Notes: a model not told the origin generated them from the letters alone. A stretch of 44,325 bases of DNA from a bacterium (GCA_043822925.1 JBDRBF010000034.1:1-44325), one strand, 5' to 3'. Counted from the stretch's first letter, positions 8,995-19,276 are shown. Numbers and translations are program-made.

Positions 8995-10071
8995 ATGGTT
9001 TTTTTACGCTATTTTCTCAAACGATATTTTAGTTATTTTTTTATTATTAACATACTTTTAACAGGCGTGTTTAATATTATTGAGTTTTTTGAAAAGCTCG
9101 TGCGTATTACACACACTGATGTTGCAAGTATAGCCTATTTTATTGCGTTGAATTTGCTGCCGTCTTTTTCTGATCTTATGCCGATTAGTGCTTGGCTCGC
9201 CACATGTTTGTTAATCAGAGAATTTAATCAGCAAAAAGAATGGGAAACGCTTTTACTTTTGAATATTAATTACAAGAAACTTGCGGGTCTTTTTTTATGT
9301 GCGGGGCTGATAGCAGTAGGGTTTGGCTTAGTTTTGTATGAGCAGGTGACGGCGCCTCTTGTTGCGCGGGCGCAGCAATTTAAGGTAGAAAACTTTAAAC
9401 AAGAAGTGCCTACTAAAATTTTCAAAAAATGGTACCAACTAGACGGTCAGACTTTTTGTTATTTTGATATGGTTGATTTGAGTACGCGCGAGGGGCTTAA
9501 TTTATTAGTTTTGTATGTGTTTGATGATTTTTCTATAAAAAAAATTATACGTGCGGCTAGGTTTAGGTTGAATATTAGCGCCCAAACTATAACTATATTG
9601 CAGGGCGATATTCTGGATGGTGAGGGCCAAATACTTAAAGAGCATGTTCAAGACCGTGTTATTATGGTGCCGAATTTCTTTGTACAGGTGAATAGTAATG
9701 GACAATCGCAAAAACTTGTTCATTTGGTGCCGAAATTATTTACAAGTGGGGGTGGTTTTGCGTATGCGGTTGGGCGAGATTTATTATATGTGATCATGAA
9801 TCGCATCTTTTTTTATTTGCAAATATTGCTCTATGCCTTGCTTACGTTTTTACTCTTTGCTCTTTTGGATAGGTCCCAGCGTCTTAAATGGATTGCGCTA
9901 TCGTTCCCATATGTGTTTGTTATATTTTTGACCTATTTGGGTAGCTTTTTCTTTCAGAATGGGCTGTCAGCCTGGCTATTTATGCTTCCGTCGTTATTGT
10001 TTCTTCTAATAGTAATTTTTCTTTTTTTTCTACTTGAAAGAAAGCCAGCATCTATTGGGAAGATTCAGTGA
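8995..10071 (+). CDS. LptF/LptG family permease
   Basis: 3 TM, periplasmic beta domain (IIRAA), 3 TM layout; RY..KRY start; LMP.S..LA....EW..L motif. Confidence 0.8.
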   Translation: MVFLRYFLKRYFSYFFIINILLTGVFNIIEFFEKLVRITHTDVASIAYFIALNLLPSFSDLMPISAWLATCLLIREFNQQKEWETLLLLNINYKKLAGLFLCAGLIAVGFGLVLYEQVTAPLVARAQQFKVENFKQEVPTKIFKKWYQLDGQTFCYFDMVDLSTREGLNLLVLYVFDDFSIKKIIRAARFRLNISAQTITILQGDILDGEGQILKEHVQDRVIMVPNFFVQVNSNGQSQKLVHLVPKLFTSGGGFAYAVGRDLLYVIMNRIFFYLQILLYALLTFLLFALLDRSQRLKWIALSFPYVFVIFLTYLGSFFFQNGLSAWLFMLPSLLFLLIVIFLFFLLERKPASIGKIQ

Positions 10072-10180
10072 TTTTCTTGAAAAAAAATATTATTTACATA
10101 CACTAACTTATTATGTCTCACGTAAGCATACATAAGTGTTCTGTTGGTTTAATCAATTTTTTTATGTAAAGAGGTCCGTT

Positions 10181-11344
10181 ATGAACCGTACAAAAATTCT
10201 GAAAGCGTGTTTGCTTTCAATGGTCGTTACGTCTTTTGCTTTGGTACAAGCTGCTGATGTCGAAACTATTAGAAGTAATATTAAATCTGCGTCTTCAACA
10301 AATTTAAATAAATATGACCAAGCGTTTTGTATTTTTAAGACTACGTTAAGACATCCGTTGTTGATTGTTGCTAAACCTGCAAGCAATTCTTTAGAGTCTT
10401 TTGATTTTGGTACAAAAGATATTGATGGCACAATTCGTCAAGTTACTGTTGGAAATGCTGCTGATCTTGAGCGTATGTTTCCTATTCATTATGTCAATCA
10501 CATGGTTGATGCCAATTTAAAAATAGAACAAAATTATGTTGGCTGGGCTGACAAAGTTTTAGAAGTGGCCGCTGAAGATGCGTTACGCACTTTTCATATT
10601 TTAAACACAAAGCCTTCTACTAAGAACCCATTTATGGTTCAGGCTGTTAACCATATGCCTATGAAAATTGTTGTAAAAAATGCAGCAGATTTCGAAGCAT
10701 TTAGAAAGTATTTGACCCTTGTTTATGCTCAAAACAACTTTGTTCCAACTGAAAAGTCTGTTCTTGTTCTTGAGATTGAAGATATGAGCAAAGATCTTAC
10801 AGCTGCTGATTATTTGTTTTTGGATACCTATTTTGATGTTAAAGATCTTGTTGTTGACGAAGAAATAAACGCGTTTTTCGCAGAAGCTCAAGCGTTTCTT
10901 GATGAAAGAATAGAGTTAAGACATCATTCTACTCAAATCGGTAAGGGCTTTGGTGAGGGCTGCATGGATCAGATTAAGAAACTTGGATCTCTTAATATGT
11001 ACGATCATATTGCGTTATTTCTTGTTGCTACTGCTGGAACATGGGCTGTTAAAAAAGCGTTCGATGCTGGTAAGATTGGTGTTGACACTGTATTGAATTT
11101 GCCAGAAGTTTCAGAGAGAACAAAAGTAATAACTGATGAAATTGGTTCAATGAGTACAACTGATAAGGTTATTGCAGGGGCTGTCGCTCTTCTTGGTAGC
11201 TATGTAGTTATGAAGTTGATCAATTTGTATCTTGAAAGTGATAATGATTCTGATAGACAAGCTTTATTGGAAGAGTTAAGTGCAGCTTTAGAAAAAAAAG
11301 CCAAAGAACAGAACGAAACTCAAGAAAACGTGGTAATTGCTTAA
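10181..11344 (+). CDS. Hypothetical exported protein with two C-terminal hydrophobic segments
   Basis: Long ORF; GAGG RBS before ATG 10181; signal peptide MNRTKILKACLLSMVVTSFALVQA; followed by a terminator. Confidence 0.75.
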   Translation: MNRTKILKACLLSMVVTSFALVQAADVETIRSNIKSASSTNLNKYDQAFCIFKTTLRHPLLIVAKPASNSLESFDFGTKDIDGTIRQVTVGNAADLERMFPIHYVNHMVDANLKIEQNYVGWADKVLEVAAEDALRTFHILNTKPSTKNPFMVQAVNHMPMKIVVKNAADFEAFRKYLTLVYAQNNFVPTEKSVLVLEIEDMSKDLTAADYLFLDTYFDVKDLVVDEEINAFFAEAQAFLDERIELRHHSTQIGKGFGEGCMDQIKKLGSLNMYDHIALFLVATAGTWAVKKAFDAGKIGVDTVLNLPEVSERTKVITDEIGSMSTTDKVIAGAVALLGSYVVMKLINLYLESDNDSDRQALLEELSAALEKKAKEQNETQENVVIA

Positions 11345-11370
11345 GTTATACATGTTCTTGATTATAAGAT

Positions 11371-11412
11371 AAAAGAGAGAGTCAGGTCGAAAAACTTGGC
11401 TCTCTCTTTTTT
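11371..11412. terminator. Bidirectional intrinsic terminator
   Basis: aaaagagagagtcagg / cttggctctctcttttt stem with A and T tails between convergent genes. Confidence 0.85.
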
Positions 11413-11414
11413 GT

Positions 11415-12884
11415 CTAAACATTATTTATTATGAGATATCCAGGGATTCCATCAGCTTTTTTTATTACTGTTCCCGGGAACTGCACGATATTCAGGTTGT
11501 CTGCTTTTTTTCCGTTGCCAAGGCTAATCCATTCTGATTTAGCAGTTTCTCGTGAGTCTGGTGTAGTCACATCGTTTGATCCATCAAGAAGGAGCGTGCC
11601 TTTGGTGAGCCGTAGACCCGTTGGCGAAGAAGAGAGTTCGCAGCCATTTAAGTACAGTCGAGATGTTCCGTCTTTCATGAATATTAAATCGCGATTTGTG
11701 CTTGTTGGGTCGTATTTGAAGCTTGAGCCAGCATCGATTATTAATGTTGAATTAGAATCGATTGCTAGTTGTTGATTAGATTTATAGTTAAAAACTTTTG
11801 TTCCGGAAATTAGGGCATCTCTTTGTATTTCGAGTGCCCCTGTTGTGTAGCTATAAGAGTCTGATAGATTAAGCGTTGCGTCTCTTAGGATTATATTTGA
11901 CTGTGTGTTTGTTGCATTTAAGAGTGAATGTTTAAGATTGTTCAAGATAATATTTTGTAGGGCAAGCGTGCCGGTTACTTGGATGCTTAAAGAGTTCATG
12001 TCTAAAGAATTATTAAATCCATAAATTGTCATGTTCCTGCCATTAAAGATCCAGTTGCGGCTGAGCTTATTTGATGGTTTAAAATGGGAAAGGGCGATTG
12101 TTGTGCCATGGCCAAAGATTATTTTTGCTCCAGCTGCAAGTGTTATGGCATCGTCTGAGAAGTCTTTGAGGGCGACGTTACTGAAAGTAAGTGTTTTGTC
12201 AGCGGCAACCTCAATGCATCCTGGGTTGTTTTGGGCAAAAAGTATAAAGTGGCCGTTTCCGTTTATAATGCAGTTTTGGGTAAAGTTTAGATATTTTTTT
12301 GTAGAAAGAAAAAAATTATGACTAAATGGATATGTTGGTTGGGTTATGATTTCTCCACCTATATTTACTTGTTCTGTTATTGAAACAAGGGCGGTGCTGT
12401 TATTGTGTATGCCATATATTAAAGCAGTACTTGTTTGTCGAATAAGATACGAGCTATTTCTTATAATTGGGGCAAGATAATTTATAGCATTACTATTGTG
12501 TCTCATGCGATTATCAAAAGTCGTTGGCGTATTATAGTTGAGTGCGATGTCTGTGGTGAGCGCCTGCTTGGCTATAGCATTACTGTTATTATATGTGAAC
12601 GACGTTGGGGCTTTTTGAGTAATGCCGGAACCATATCCAATAATTGTATTGTCTGTCAGCCATGAGTTGTCCATGCCTGTTGCTGGGATGATAGATTGTT
12701 GGAACCAGCCTTGGGCGTTATCGTTGTGCGATATTCTTACGCGTGAGTAGCCTGGCTGTATGCCTATTGAGGCACTTTGGTCGACAAAGCGCAGGCGTGC
12801 ATATATATCTTGGGTAATTATGCTTGTCAGCAAACATAAGATATATATTTTAATGTTTATAGACGATAATTTTATAAACTTCAT
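11415..12884 (-). CDS. Secreted beta-helix-like protein with NSNA repeats (paralog 1)
   Basis: Signal peptide; NNSNAI/HNSNAI/NNSTAL repeats; beta-rich C-terminal region ending SRLYLNGC..TGLRLTKGTLLLDG; colinear with the next gene. Confidence 0.75.
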   Translation of the reverse strand: MKFIKLSSINIKIYILCLLTSIITQDIYARLRFVDQSASIGIQPGYSRVRISHNDNAQGWFQQSIIPATGMDNSWLTDNTIIGYGSGITQKAPTSFTYNNSNAIAKQALTTDIALNYNTPTTFDNRMRHNSNAINYLAPIIRNSSYLIRQTSTALIYGIHNNSTALVSITEQVNIGGEIITQPTYPFSHNFFLSTKKYLNFTQNCIINGNGHFILFAQNNPGCIEVAADKTLTFSNVALKDFSDDAITLAAGAKIIFGHGTTIALSHFKPSNKLSRNWIFNGRNMTIYGFNNSLDMNSLSIQVTGTLALQNIILNNLKHSLLNATNTQSNIILRDATLNLSDSYSYTTGALEIQRDALISGTKVFNYKSNQQLAIDSNSTLIIDAGSSFKYDPTSTNRDLIFMKDGTSRLYLNGCELSSSPTGLRLTKGTLLLDGSNDVTTPDSRETAKSEWISLGNGKKADNLNIVQFPGTVIKKADGIPGYLIINNV

Positions 12885-12942
12885 GTGATTCTCTTTTTTA
12901 TTTTTTAAGTTATTTGAGTTTTTAATTTCATGTTTACTGACC

Positions 12943-14445
12943 TTATTTATTGTCTAGGTTTAATATTCCTGTAACTATCATGTTTGCTCCCGGGAACATT
13001 TCGATGTTGAGGTTTTCTTCTATGTTTCCATTGCCGAAGCTGATTCCCTCGCTTGAGGCTACAGAATCTGGTGTTTCAATATCGTTTGTTCCATCGATCA
13101 GCAGCGTTCCTTTAGTTAGTCTCATTCCGGTACTAGAAGAAGCGAATTCGCAGCTATTTAAGAATAATCGAGACGTCACGTCTTCCATTACGACCAGATC
13201 TCTATTATTAGTTGTTGGTTCATATTTGAATCCGGTTCCGGTATCAATTATTAATGTTGATTTGCTGCTTATTGTTAAGGGTCGATTTGATTTATAACTA
13301 AAGATTTTTGATCCGGTTATGATTGTGTCACTTTGTATGGTAAGAGCTCCGGTCGTAAAGCTGTAGCCTGTTGCCAGAAATTCTCTTGACAGAGCAAGTG
13401 TCGAGTCTTTTAATATTATATTTGATTGGGATGTCATTGCGGTTAAGAGAGAATCTTTTAGATTGTCTAAGATAATATTTTGTAGCGCAAGTGTTCCTGT
13501 TACTTGGATGCTTAATGAGTTCATGTCTATAGAATTGCCAAATCCATAAAGCGCCATATCGCTTCCATAAAATACCCAGTTTCGGCTGAGCGTCTCTGTT
13601 TGTTTAAATCGAGAGAGTGCTATCGTTGTTCCGTCACTAAAGAGAACTTTTGCGTTCGCGTCGCCAAAGCTAAAGACATTATCTGAGAAATCTTTGAGCG
13701 CGATATTTTTTAATGTGATTGTTTTTCCGGGATATATTTGGAAGCATCCAGGATTATTTTGTGCAAATTGTATAAAGTGTCCGTTGCCATTTAAAACGCA
13801 GTCTGTTTGGACGATTATTTTATTATCAAGAGCTGCATATATGTCAAATCCAATAGTACGTGTAGGGCCGTTTATGATCAGGTCTCCAACAGAGATATCA
13901 ATTGCATCTGCTATGGTAACAATTACGTTACTATTTGTTCGTATGCCGTAAGTTAAAGCATTACTGTTCTGAATCGTATATCGGGAAGAGCTTCTTATAG
14001 TTGGGGCATAATAATTTATTGTATTACTATTATTTTTTATTCGCCCATCAAACGATAGTATCGTGGCGTTATTGATGAGGGTCGTTACGTTACCGACGTT
14101 ATATGCTATTGCGTTACTGTTATTGATAATAAATTCTGTTGATGGTTTGGACGTAACGCCGGGCCCGTAGCCAAGAATAGTATTGTCAGCGAGCCATGAG
14201 TTATCTGGGTTGTATTTTTCTATTATAGATTGTTGGTTCCAGCCTTGTACGTTGTCTTTTTTTGAAATTCTTAGGCGTGAAGTATCTGTTTGCATTGCCA
14301 GTGCAGAGCTTTGGCTGGAAAAGTGAAGCTTTGCCGATACGTTTTTACTTATAAAGCAGGTGAGTAGGCAGGAAAAGAGTATTTGTATGCTTAAACGCAT
14401 GATTGCACGAACGGTTACATGAGCAGTTACACGTGGCGACTTCAT
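12943..14445 (-). CDS. Secreted beta-helix-like protein with NSNA repeats (paralog 2)
   Basis: Same architecture; identical blocks DMNSLSIQVTGTLALQNIIL and FAQNNPGC, near-identical NGNGHFI. Confidence 0.75.
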   Translation of the reverse strand: MKSPRVTAHVTVRAIMRLSIQILFSCLLTCFISKNVSAKLHFSSQSSALAMQTDTSRLRISKKDNVQGWNQQSIIEKYNPDNSWLADNTILGYGPGVTSKPSTEFIINNSNAIAYNVGNVTTLINNATILSFDGRIKNNSNTINYYAPTIRSSSRYTIQNSNALTYGIRTNSNVIVTIADAIDISVGDLIINGPTRTIGFDIYAALDNKIIVQTDCVLNGNGHFIQFAQNNPGCFQIYPGKTITLKNIALKDFSDNVFSFGDANAKVLFSDGTTIALSRFKQTETLSRNWVFYGSDMALYGFGNSIDMNSLSIQVTGTLALQNIILDNLKDSLLTAMTSQSNIILKDSTLALSREFLATGYSFTTGALTIQSDTIITGSKIFSYKSNRPLTISSKSTLIIDTGTGFKYEPTTNNRDLVVMEDVTSRLFLNSCEFASSSTGMRLTKGTLLIDGTNDIETPDSVASSEGISFGNGNIEENLNIEMFPGANMIVTGILNLDNK

Positions 14446-14795
14446 TAAAACCCTTTCTTTAAAAAAATAACGTATATATCAAAAATTAGTGTTTAATAAA
14501 TTGAGCATCCAGGCTATATTTTGCGATATTTGTGTGTGGTTTATGTTTAATTATGCTTGAAATTAATCTTGCATTTTTTTATAAAAATTATCAACAATAC
14601 AAAAAAAATGTATTAGAAGTCGGTTGTTTTTTCTGATATGAAATTATTTGGGCATGAATAGAGCTTGTTTTGTCTGAATTCTAAATAGTTTTTTGCTTTT
14701 TGACTGGCGTGTAAATGGCTGTTAAGCTGTTTGGGGGCGTTTATTTGTGATTAACCTAAATGTGTGTAGACGCGCGAAAATATAGATAGATATTT

Positions 14796-15968
14796 ATGAC
14801 TAAGCATGTGCGTTTTGTACTTTTATTTTTTATAGTTTTGTGTTGTTCAGGTGTTAGTGCCAGTTATGCAGCACCGCAGGAACCTGATTTGCACGTAATG
14901 TCAGATCAAGTTAAATCGGCTCAGGACAAAAAAACTATTAATCCAGTCGAGCAAAAAAAAGAGCGGCCAAAAGCTATAGACGATAAAATTGTTATCGGGA
15001 AAAGTGCACGATATGCTTTGGCTGTTTCGCTTTTGGCTGTTGCTTTTTTGTTTGATAAAATTGATACGATAAGTTCTAAAGGAGTAGAAAATAGTAACTT
15101 TACTCACCAGTTTACGTTTCAAGAAATAGTCAAAACGTTTTGTTTTCAATATTTTTCTCATTATGGTGCAAGTGCTTGCCATGAGCTTGGACATGCGCTT
15201 GCGGCAAAGTTTTGTAATGGTGACCCTATAGACATTCATCTTGGGGCTAATTCGGGTAAAAATGCTCATTCATTGGTAAAATTTGGTGGCGTTTCGGTTG
15301 ATGGGTTTTCTCCGTATTCTGGGTACGCCGTTTATTCTGAACCTTGTGAAAATAAAGATCAAGCCGTACGGTTTATTTATGGGCTTGCGATAACGAGTTA
15401 TTGTAAAAGAAAAAATATGGCTATCGCTCAATTTACAGTAAGCGATTTTGCTCAAAAAGAATTTAAAGATTTATGTAGCGAAATAGCAAAAACTGATGAA
15501 GTTCACGATTATCTGCAGGTCAATAAGGGTAAACAGGCGGCTATTATTTTGGCTGGCGGGTTGAGTGGGATCTTGGGGAATTTTTTATTTAAATTTTTAG
15601 CATCTACTCTTTGGCATATAAAAGATGGGGAGAAAGCTTTTCTCGATATTTTGTCGTTTGCTATGCGCGATGCTGCCCAATTTGATAATGTTGTGGCGAG
15701 TCAGTTGAGTAATTTGTTGATGCCATTTGGTTCGGCAGGAAACAAGAGTGATGCGTTTAAATTATATAATAAGTGTTTTGGTATAGATGCTCAAACATTT
15801 GCATATGCTGAGCATCCAACGCAGTTTGTAAATATATTAATGGAATACTGTTTAGTAAATGCTCAGCAACAGGGTTCAAAAAGTCTACGTGTTCCTAAAG
15901 AACTTAAAAAATGTAGCTTAGCGGTGGCCAACTACCTACTCAGAGGGTATTTTTATGCACATGCGTAA
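14796..15968 (+). CDS. Putative M50-like zinc metallopeptidase
   Basis: CHELGHALAA (HExxH), IILAGG and SDA segments matching the AGP and xDG motifs of site-2 proteases; signal peptide. Confidence 0.65.
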   Translation: MTKHVRFVLLFFIVLCCSGVSASYAAPQEPDLHVMSDQVKSAQDKKTINPVEQKKERPKAIDDKIVIGKSARYALAVSLLAVAFLFDKIDTISSKGVENSNFTHQFTFQEIVKTFCFQYFSHYGASACHELGHALAAKFCNGDPIDIHLGANSGKNAHSLVKFGGVSVDGFSPYSGYAVYSEPCENKDQAVRFIYGLAITSYCKRKNMAIAQFTVSDFAQKEFKDLCSEIAKTDEVHDYLQVNKGKQAAIILAGGLSGILGNFLFKFLASTLWHIKDGEKAFLDILSFAMRDAAQFDNVVASQLSNLLMPFGSAGNKSDAFKLYNKCFGIDAQTFAYAEHPTQFVNILMEYCLVNAQQQGSKSLRVPKELKKCSLAVANYLLRGYFYAHA

Positions 15969-15979
15969 AATAGTGTTAC

Positions 15980-16699
15980 TTATAATTGAGTATTGTTTGT
16001 AGGCGCTGGTTGTTGGTTATTTTGTGTATATGGGATCGCTTCATTTAATTCTTGGATAAAGTCGGTAATTTTTTCTGTTGTTTCGATTTTTTTATTTTTT
16101 GTTGCCGAGTCACGATCTCCGATCTCAAATGTAATTTTGCGTGCAAATTCTGTGCCCTTGTAAAAAAGCTTTCCACCAGGTTTAATCAGGTCAGCGACCG
16201 TTGTTTGTGGGGTAATATTAATGTCTTTTTCCATGACAAGCCCGTTAGGAAGCCTTACTCCGGAACCAGGAATAATAAAGTATCCATCTTTTGCTTTGAC
16301 GAGTTCATAATATCTTTGTTGAAGTGTTGGATCTTGTTCAGTATAGGCACCGGTCCATTTTTTAGGATAAGCAAGATTGACTCCTCCAACAACTGAACCA
16401 GCAAATGATTTAACGGTTAAAAAATTTATTTGTGCTCGTCCACCAGTGATCGAAAGTATGCTGCATTCTGTATCGATTTTGTGCAAGATTGCATTTACTC
16501 GTTTAAGGTCGTTTTTTATAAGTATTGAACTGAAATAAGATTTATCGTAGTAACTTTTAAATATAAAAAATATAAGCAATAAAACGAGCATCGAAGAACT
16601 GAATAGAACAAAGTATTTTCTGAAAAACAAAGAAAATGGTTTAATTTTCTCATCTACTTTGACGTCTATGTCGTGTATTATTTCGTCAAATTTTTTCAT
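15980..16699 (-). CDS. Membrane-anchored protein with a pseudopilin (GspG)-like segment
   Basis: Single N-terminal TM followed by an amphipathic helix; YPKKWTGAY resembles GspG W.GPY; no canonical prepilin cleavage site. Confidence 0.4.
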   Translation of the reverse strand: MKKFDEIIHDIDVKVDEKIKPFSLFFRKYFVLFSSSMLVLLLIFFIFKSYYDKSYFSSILIKNDLKRVNAILHKIDTECSILSITGGRAQINFLTVKSFAGSVVGGVNLAYPKKWTGAYTEQDPTLQQRYYELVKAKDGYFIIPGSGVRLPNGLVMEKDINITPQTTVADLIKPGGKLFYKGTEFARKITFEIGDRDSATKNKKIETTEKITDFIQELNEAIPYTQNNQQPAPTNNTQL

Positions 16700-16865
16700 C
16701 CTGACCCCCTATTATTAAATAAAGTGAAGTTCTTCTTAACTTTTACATCTCATATAATACAAATATTGGGGTATTAAAATAAATAGATTAATAAATTAAG
16801 TCACAGATTCAACTCTGAAGTGCATAACAATTTGGTAAAAAAAACTGGGTGAGGCTAATGGCCTG

Positions 16866-17897
16866 TTAAGAAATAACCTTACAAGTATTTAGTTTATGTA
16901 AGACCGTTTTGACTTGATCAATTTTGTCGTTGCTTGCAACAATAAGTACGTCATCAGTTTCAATTATGCAAAGATTATTGACGTCAATGCAGGCAATTAT
17001 TTTTTTGTTCGATTTTACTAAATTATTGTGTGCATTTAGTGATATTAGAGGGGATGCTTGGAGCGCGTATTTTGCTTGTATTTGTAAAAAAATATAGAGA
17101 TTTCCAACATCGTGCCATTCGAAGTCAGTCGGGAAAAGGGTTGTGTTCGTGCTTTTTTCCATGATCGCATAATCGACAGATTCGTTAGGTATTTGGTCAT
17201 AGGTGATTTTATTGTCCAGATATTGTTGCATAGCGTGAGTAATTTTTGGCGCAAGTGTCTTAAATTCTTCTATAAAAACTAATGCTTGTCCGGCAAAGAC
17301 GCCCATATTCCAAAACATATTGTTGTTGGTCATATATTTTTGAGCATCTTCTTTGTTTGGTTTTTCATGAAATTTTTTGATTTTATAGGGCTTGTTAATA
17401 ATAATTTTGGGGTCTGAGCTCTCTGCTTGAATATATCCGTAGTTTGTTGCCGGAAACGTTGGCATGAGGCCAAAAAGTGCTATTTTTTTGTGGCTACTTA
17501 CATATTCGATTGCTTTTTTGATACTTGTCAGAAAAGCTTCTGGCTCTGGTATAAAATGGTCGGCCGTGAGAAAAATAATTATAGCCTCGGGGTCTTTTTG
17601 GTAAATAGTGTGTGCTGCGAGTAAAATTGCAGGGCCGGTATTGCGCTTATCTGGTTCGGTTACAATAAAACCGATAGAGGCTGAGACATTTTTTTTGACG
17701 AGTGCTTCTTGAAGTGTATTTGTGATTATAAAAATATTTTCTTTAAGTGCTATTGGGCTTATGCGTTTTATTGTGCTTTGCAGGAGTGATTCCCCATTTA
17801 AAAAGGGGATGAGTTGCTTGGGCATTTCTGGTGTGCTGAGTGGCCATAGGCGTTCTCCTGAGCCTCCGGCTAAGATTCCAAAATACACGTTGTGCAT
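16866..17897 (-). CDS. manC: Mannose-1-phosphate guanylyltransferase (no PMI domain)
   Basis: ILAGGSGERLWPLS, PKQ, EPDKRNTGPAI, ADHFI, YGYI, FHEKP, WNMG, SVDYAIMEK, WHDVG. Confidence 0.92.
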   Translation of the reverse strand: MHNVYFGILAGGSGERLWPLSTPEMPKQLIPFLNGESLLQSTIKRISPIALKENIFIITNTLQEALVKKNVSASIGFIVTEPDKRNTGPAILLAAHTIYQKDPEAIIIFLTADHFIPEPEAFLTSIKKAIEYVSSHKKIALFGLMPTFPATNYGYIQAESSDPKIIINKPYKIKKFHEKPNKEDAQKYMTNNNMFWNMGVFAGQALVFIEEFKTLAPKITHAMQQYLDNKITYDQIPNESVDYAIMEKSTNTTLFPTDFEWHDVGNLYIFLQIQAKYALQASPLISLNAHNNLVKSNKKIIACIDVNNLCIIETDDVLIVASNDKIDQVKTVLHKLNTCKVIS

Positions 17898-17923
17898 AAT
17901 GTTTCCCTCTTTTTTATGTGCGG

Positions 17924-19276
17924 CTATGAGAGCTGTTTTTTTCTTATTTTTGTGATTATTACATATGCTCCAAGGGCAGCAAGAATAAGAAGTATAAATT
18001 CAAATAATATTCTAAAGCGTGCACATCCATCGTGCCCAGTTATGATTGAAAAATAAAAGAGATACGAAATAAATAAAAATAAAAGCGCATATTTTTTTTG
18101 TATTAAGAGATAAAAAAGTGCGATAAAGGCTAAGAATAAACGTAAAATTGACCAGATAGCCTCGTAAAAACTAACTATTTTGAGCCAAGTAATATCTGTG
18201 CCGGCTGTTATGTATGCTTTTGCTTTTTGATATATATTGCCAGGCATTTTGAAATACGAAATTTGACCTGGATGTACTTGTGGGTCGATCAAAACTTTGA
18301 GATTGGTTGAGAAGAGTCCAAGCCATGTTTTGAGAACATTTTTAGCCCATACATATATGAGTAAAAATGGGTGAGCTTTTGTGAATTCTATAAAATAAGT
18401 TTTTACTGTTTGTATTGAGCCCATATCCTGTAACTTTTGGCGTTCGATGTCTGAGTTTGTTTTATTGTGTTCGGCTAATATATTGGGAAAGAGCCAGTAG
18501 CACATATTAATTTCTTGTAGAGCACCTGTTTTGAATTCGTTAAATGCGATATAATTATGCGTTTTATAACCTAATATTGGAGCGCAAAAACAGGTTATAA
18601 ATAACAGGATGTGTTTTAATTTTGTTTTTAGTGGGCCTGTTATTATAAAAATAAGTAAAAATGCGAGCAAGAGGGGGTAATAAATTGCTGCTGGTTTAAT
18701 AATAATAGAGAAGCCTAGGGCAAACCCAGCAAGAGCTACGCTTGATATGTTTCTTGTTTTGATAAACGTTATAAAGCGTTCAAAAAATAAGATTAACCAG
18801 AACGTGAGAAAAATCTCAGTCAAAATAAATTGTGTGAATGTTAAAAAACCTAAATTTATTGAGAAAAATATAAACGATATTAATGCGACCTGTGTGTTAA
18901 ATAGTTTTTGAGCAATCGAAAAAATAAGTAATCCAGACATGAGTGCTAGTATTACTTGTACTATAATAATAGCGAGAATAGATTGTCCAAAAAGTTTATA
19001 AATAAAGCCAATAAGTAGCGGGTAGCCCAGGCCGTAATAGGGGAGTGTTTGGCGGGCAGAAAAACTACTGTTTTTGAAAAATAAAAGCCCGTTTTCAAGA
19101 TATGCGCTTGAGTCTATGTCGCAGTGGCTCTTGATTGGCGACGTATTAAGATACAAAAGTATGTTCAGGCCTATAAACAGGCAAGAAAATAAGAAGATCC
19201 ATAAATAAGTATTTGACCAGTTTTTATGTAAAAGTTTGTGTGTAAAATTTAAGTATGTGTCTTGTGTTTTATTCAT
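17924..19276 (-). CDS. ArnT/PMT_2-like (GT-C) membrane glycosyltransferase
   Basis: Many TM helices; DSSAY, GYPL, LTE, IKP, GCARFR motifs; ATG 19276 overlaps the asnB stop (ATGA). Confidence 0.78.
   Translation of the reverse strand: MNKTQDTYLNFTHKLLHKNWSNTYLWIFLFSCLFIGLNILLYLNTSPIKSHCDIDSSAYLENGLLFFKNSSFSARQTLPYYGLGYPLLIGFIYKLFGQSILAIIIVQVILALMSGLLIFSIAQKLFNTQVALISFIFFSINLGFLTFTQFILTEIFLTFWLILFFERFITFIKTRNISSVALAGFALGFSIIIKPAAIYYPLLLAFLLIFIITGPLKTKLKHILLFITCFCAPILGYKTHNYIAFNEFKTGALQEINMCYWLFPNILAEHNKTNSDIERQKLQDMGSIQTVKTYFIEFTKAHPFLLIYVWAKNVLKTWLGLFSTNLKVLIDPQVHPGQISYFKMPGNIYQKAKAYITAGTDITWLKIVSFYEAIWSILRLFLAFIALFYLLIQKKYALLFLFISYLFYFSIITGHDGCARFRILFEFILLILAALGAYVIITKIRKKQLS

Noticed and set aside
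11415-14445. Diversity-generating retroelement template/variable repeat pair
   Set aside because: Similarity spans whole paralogous genes, differences are not adenine-specific, and no reverse transcriptase is present
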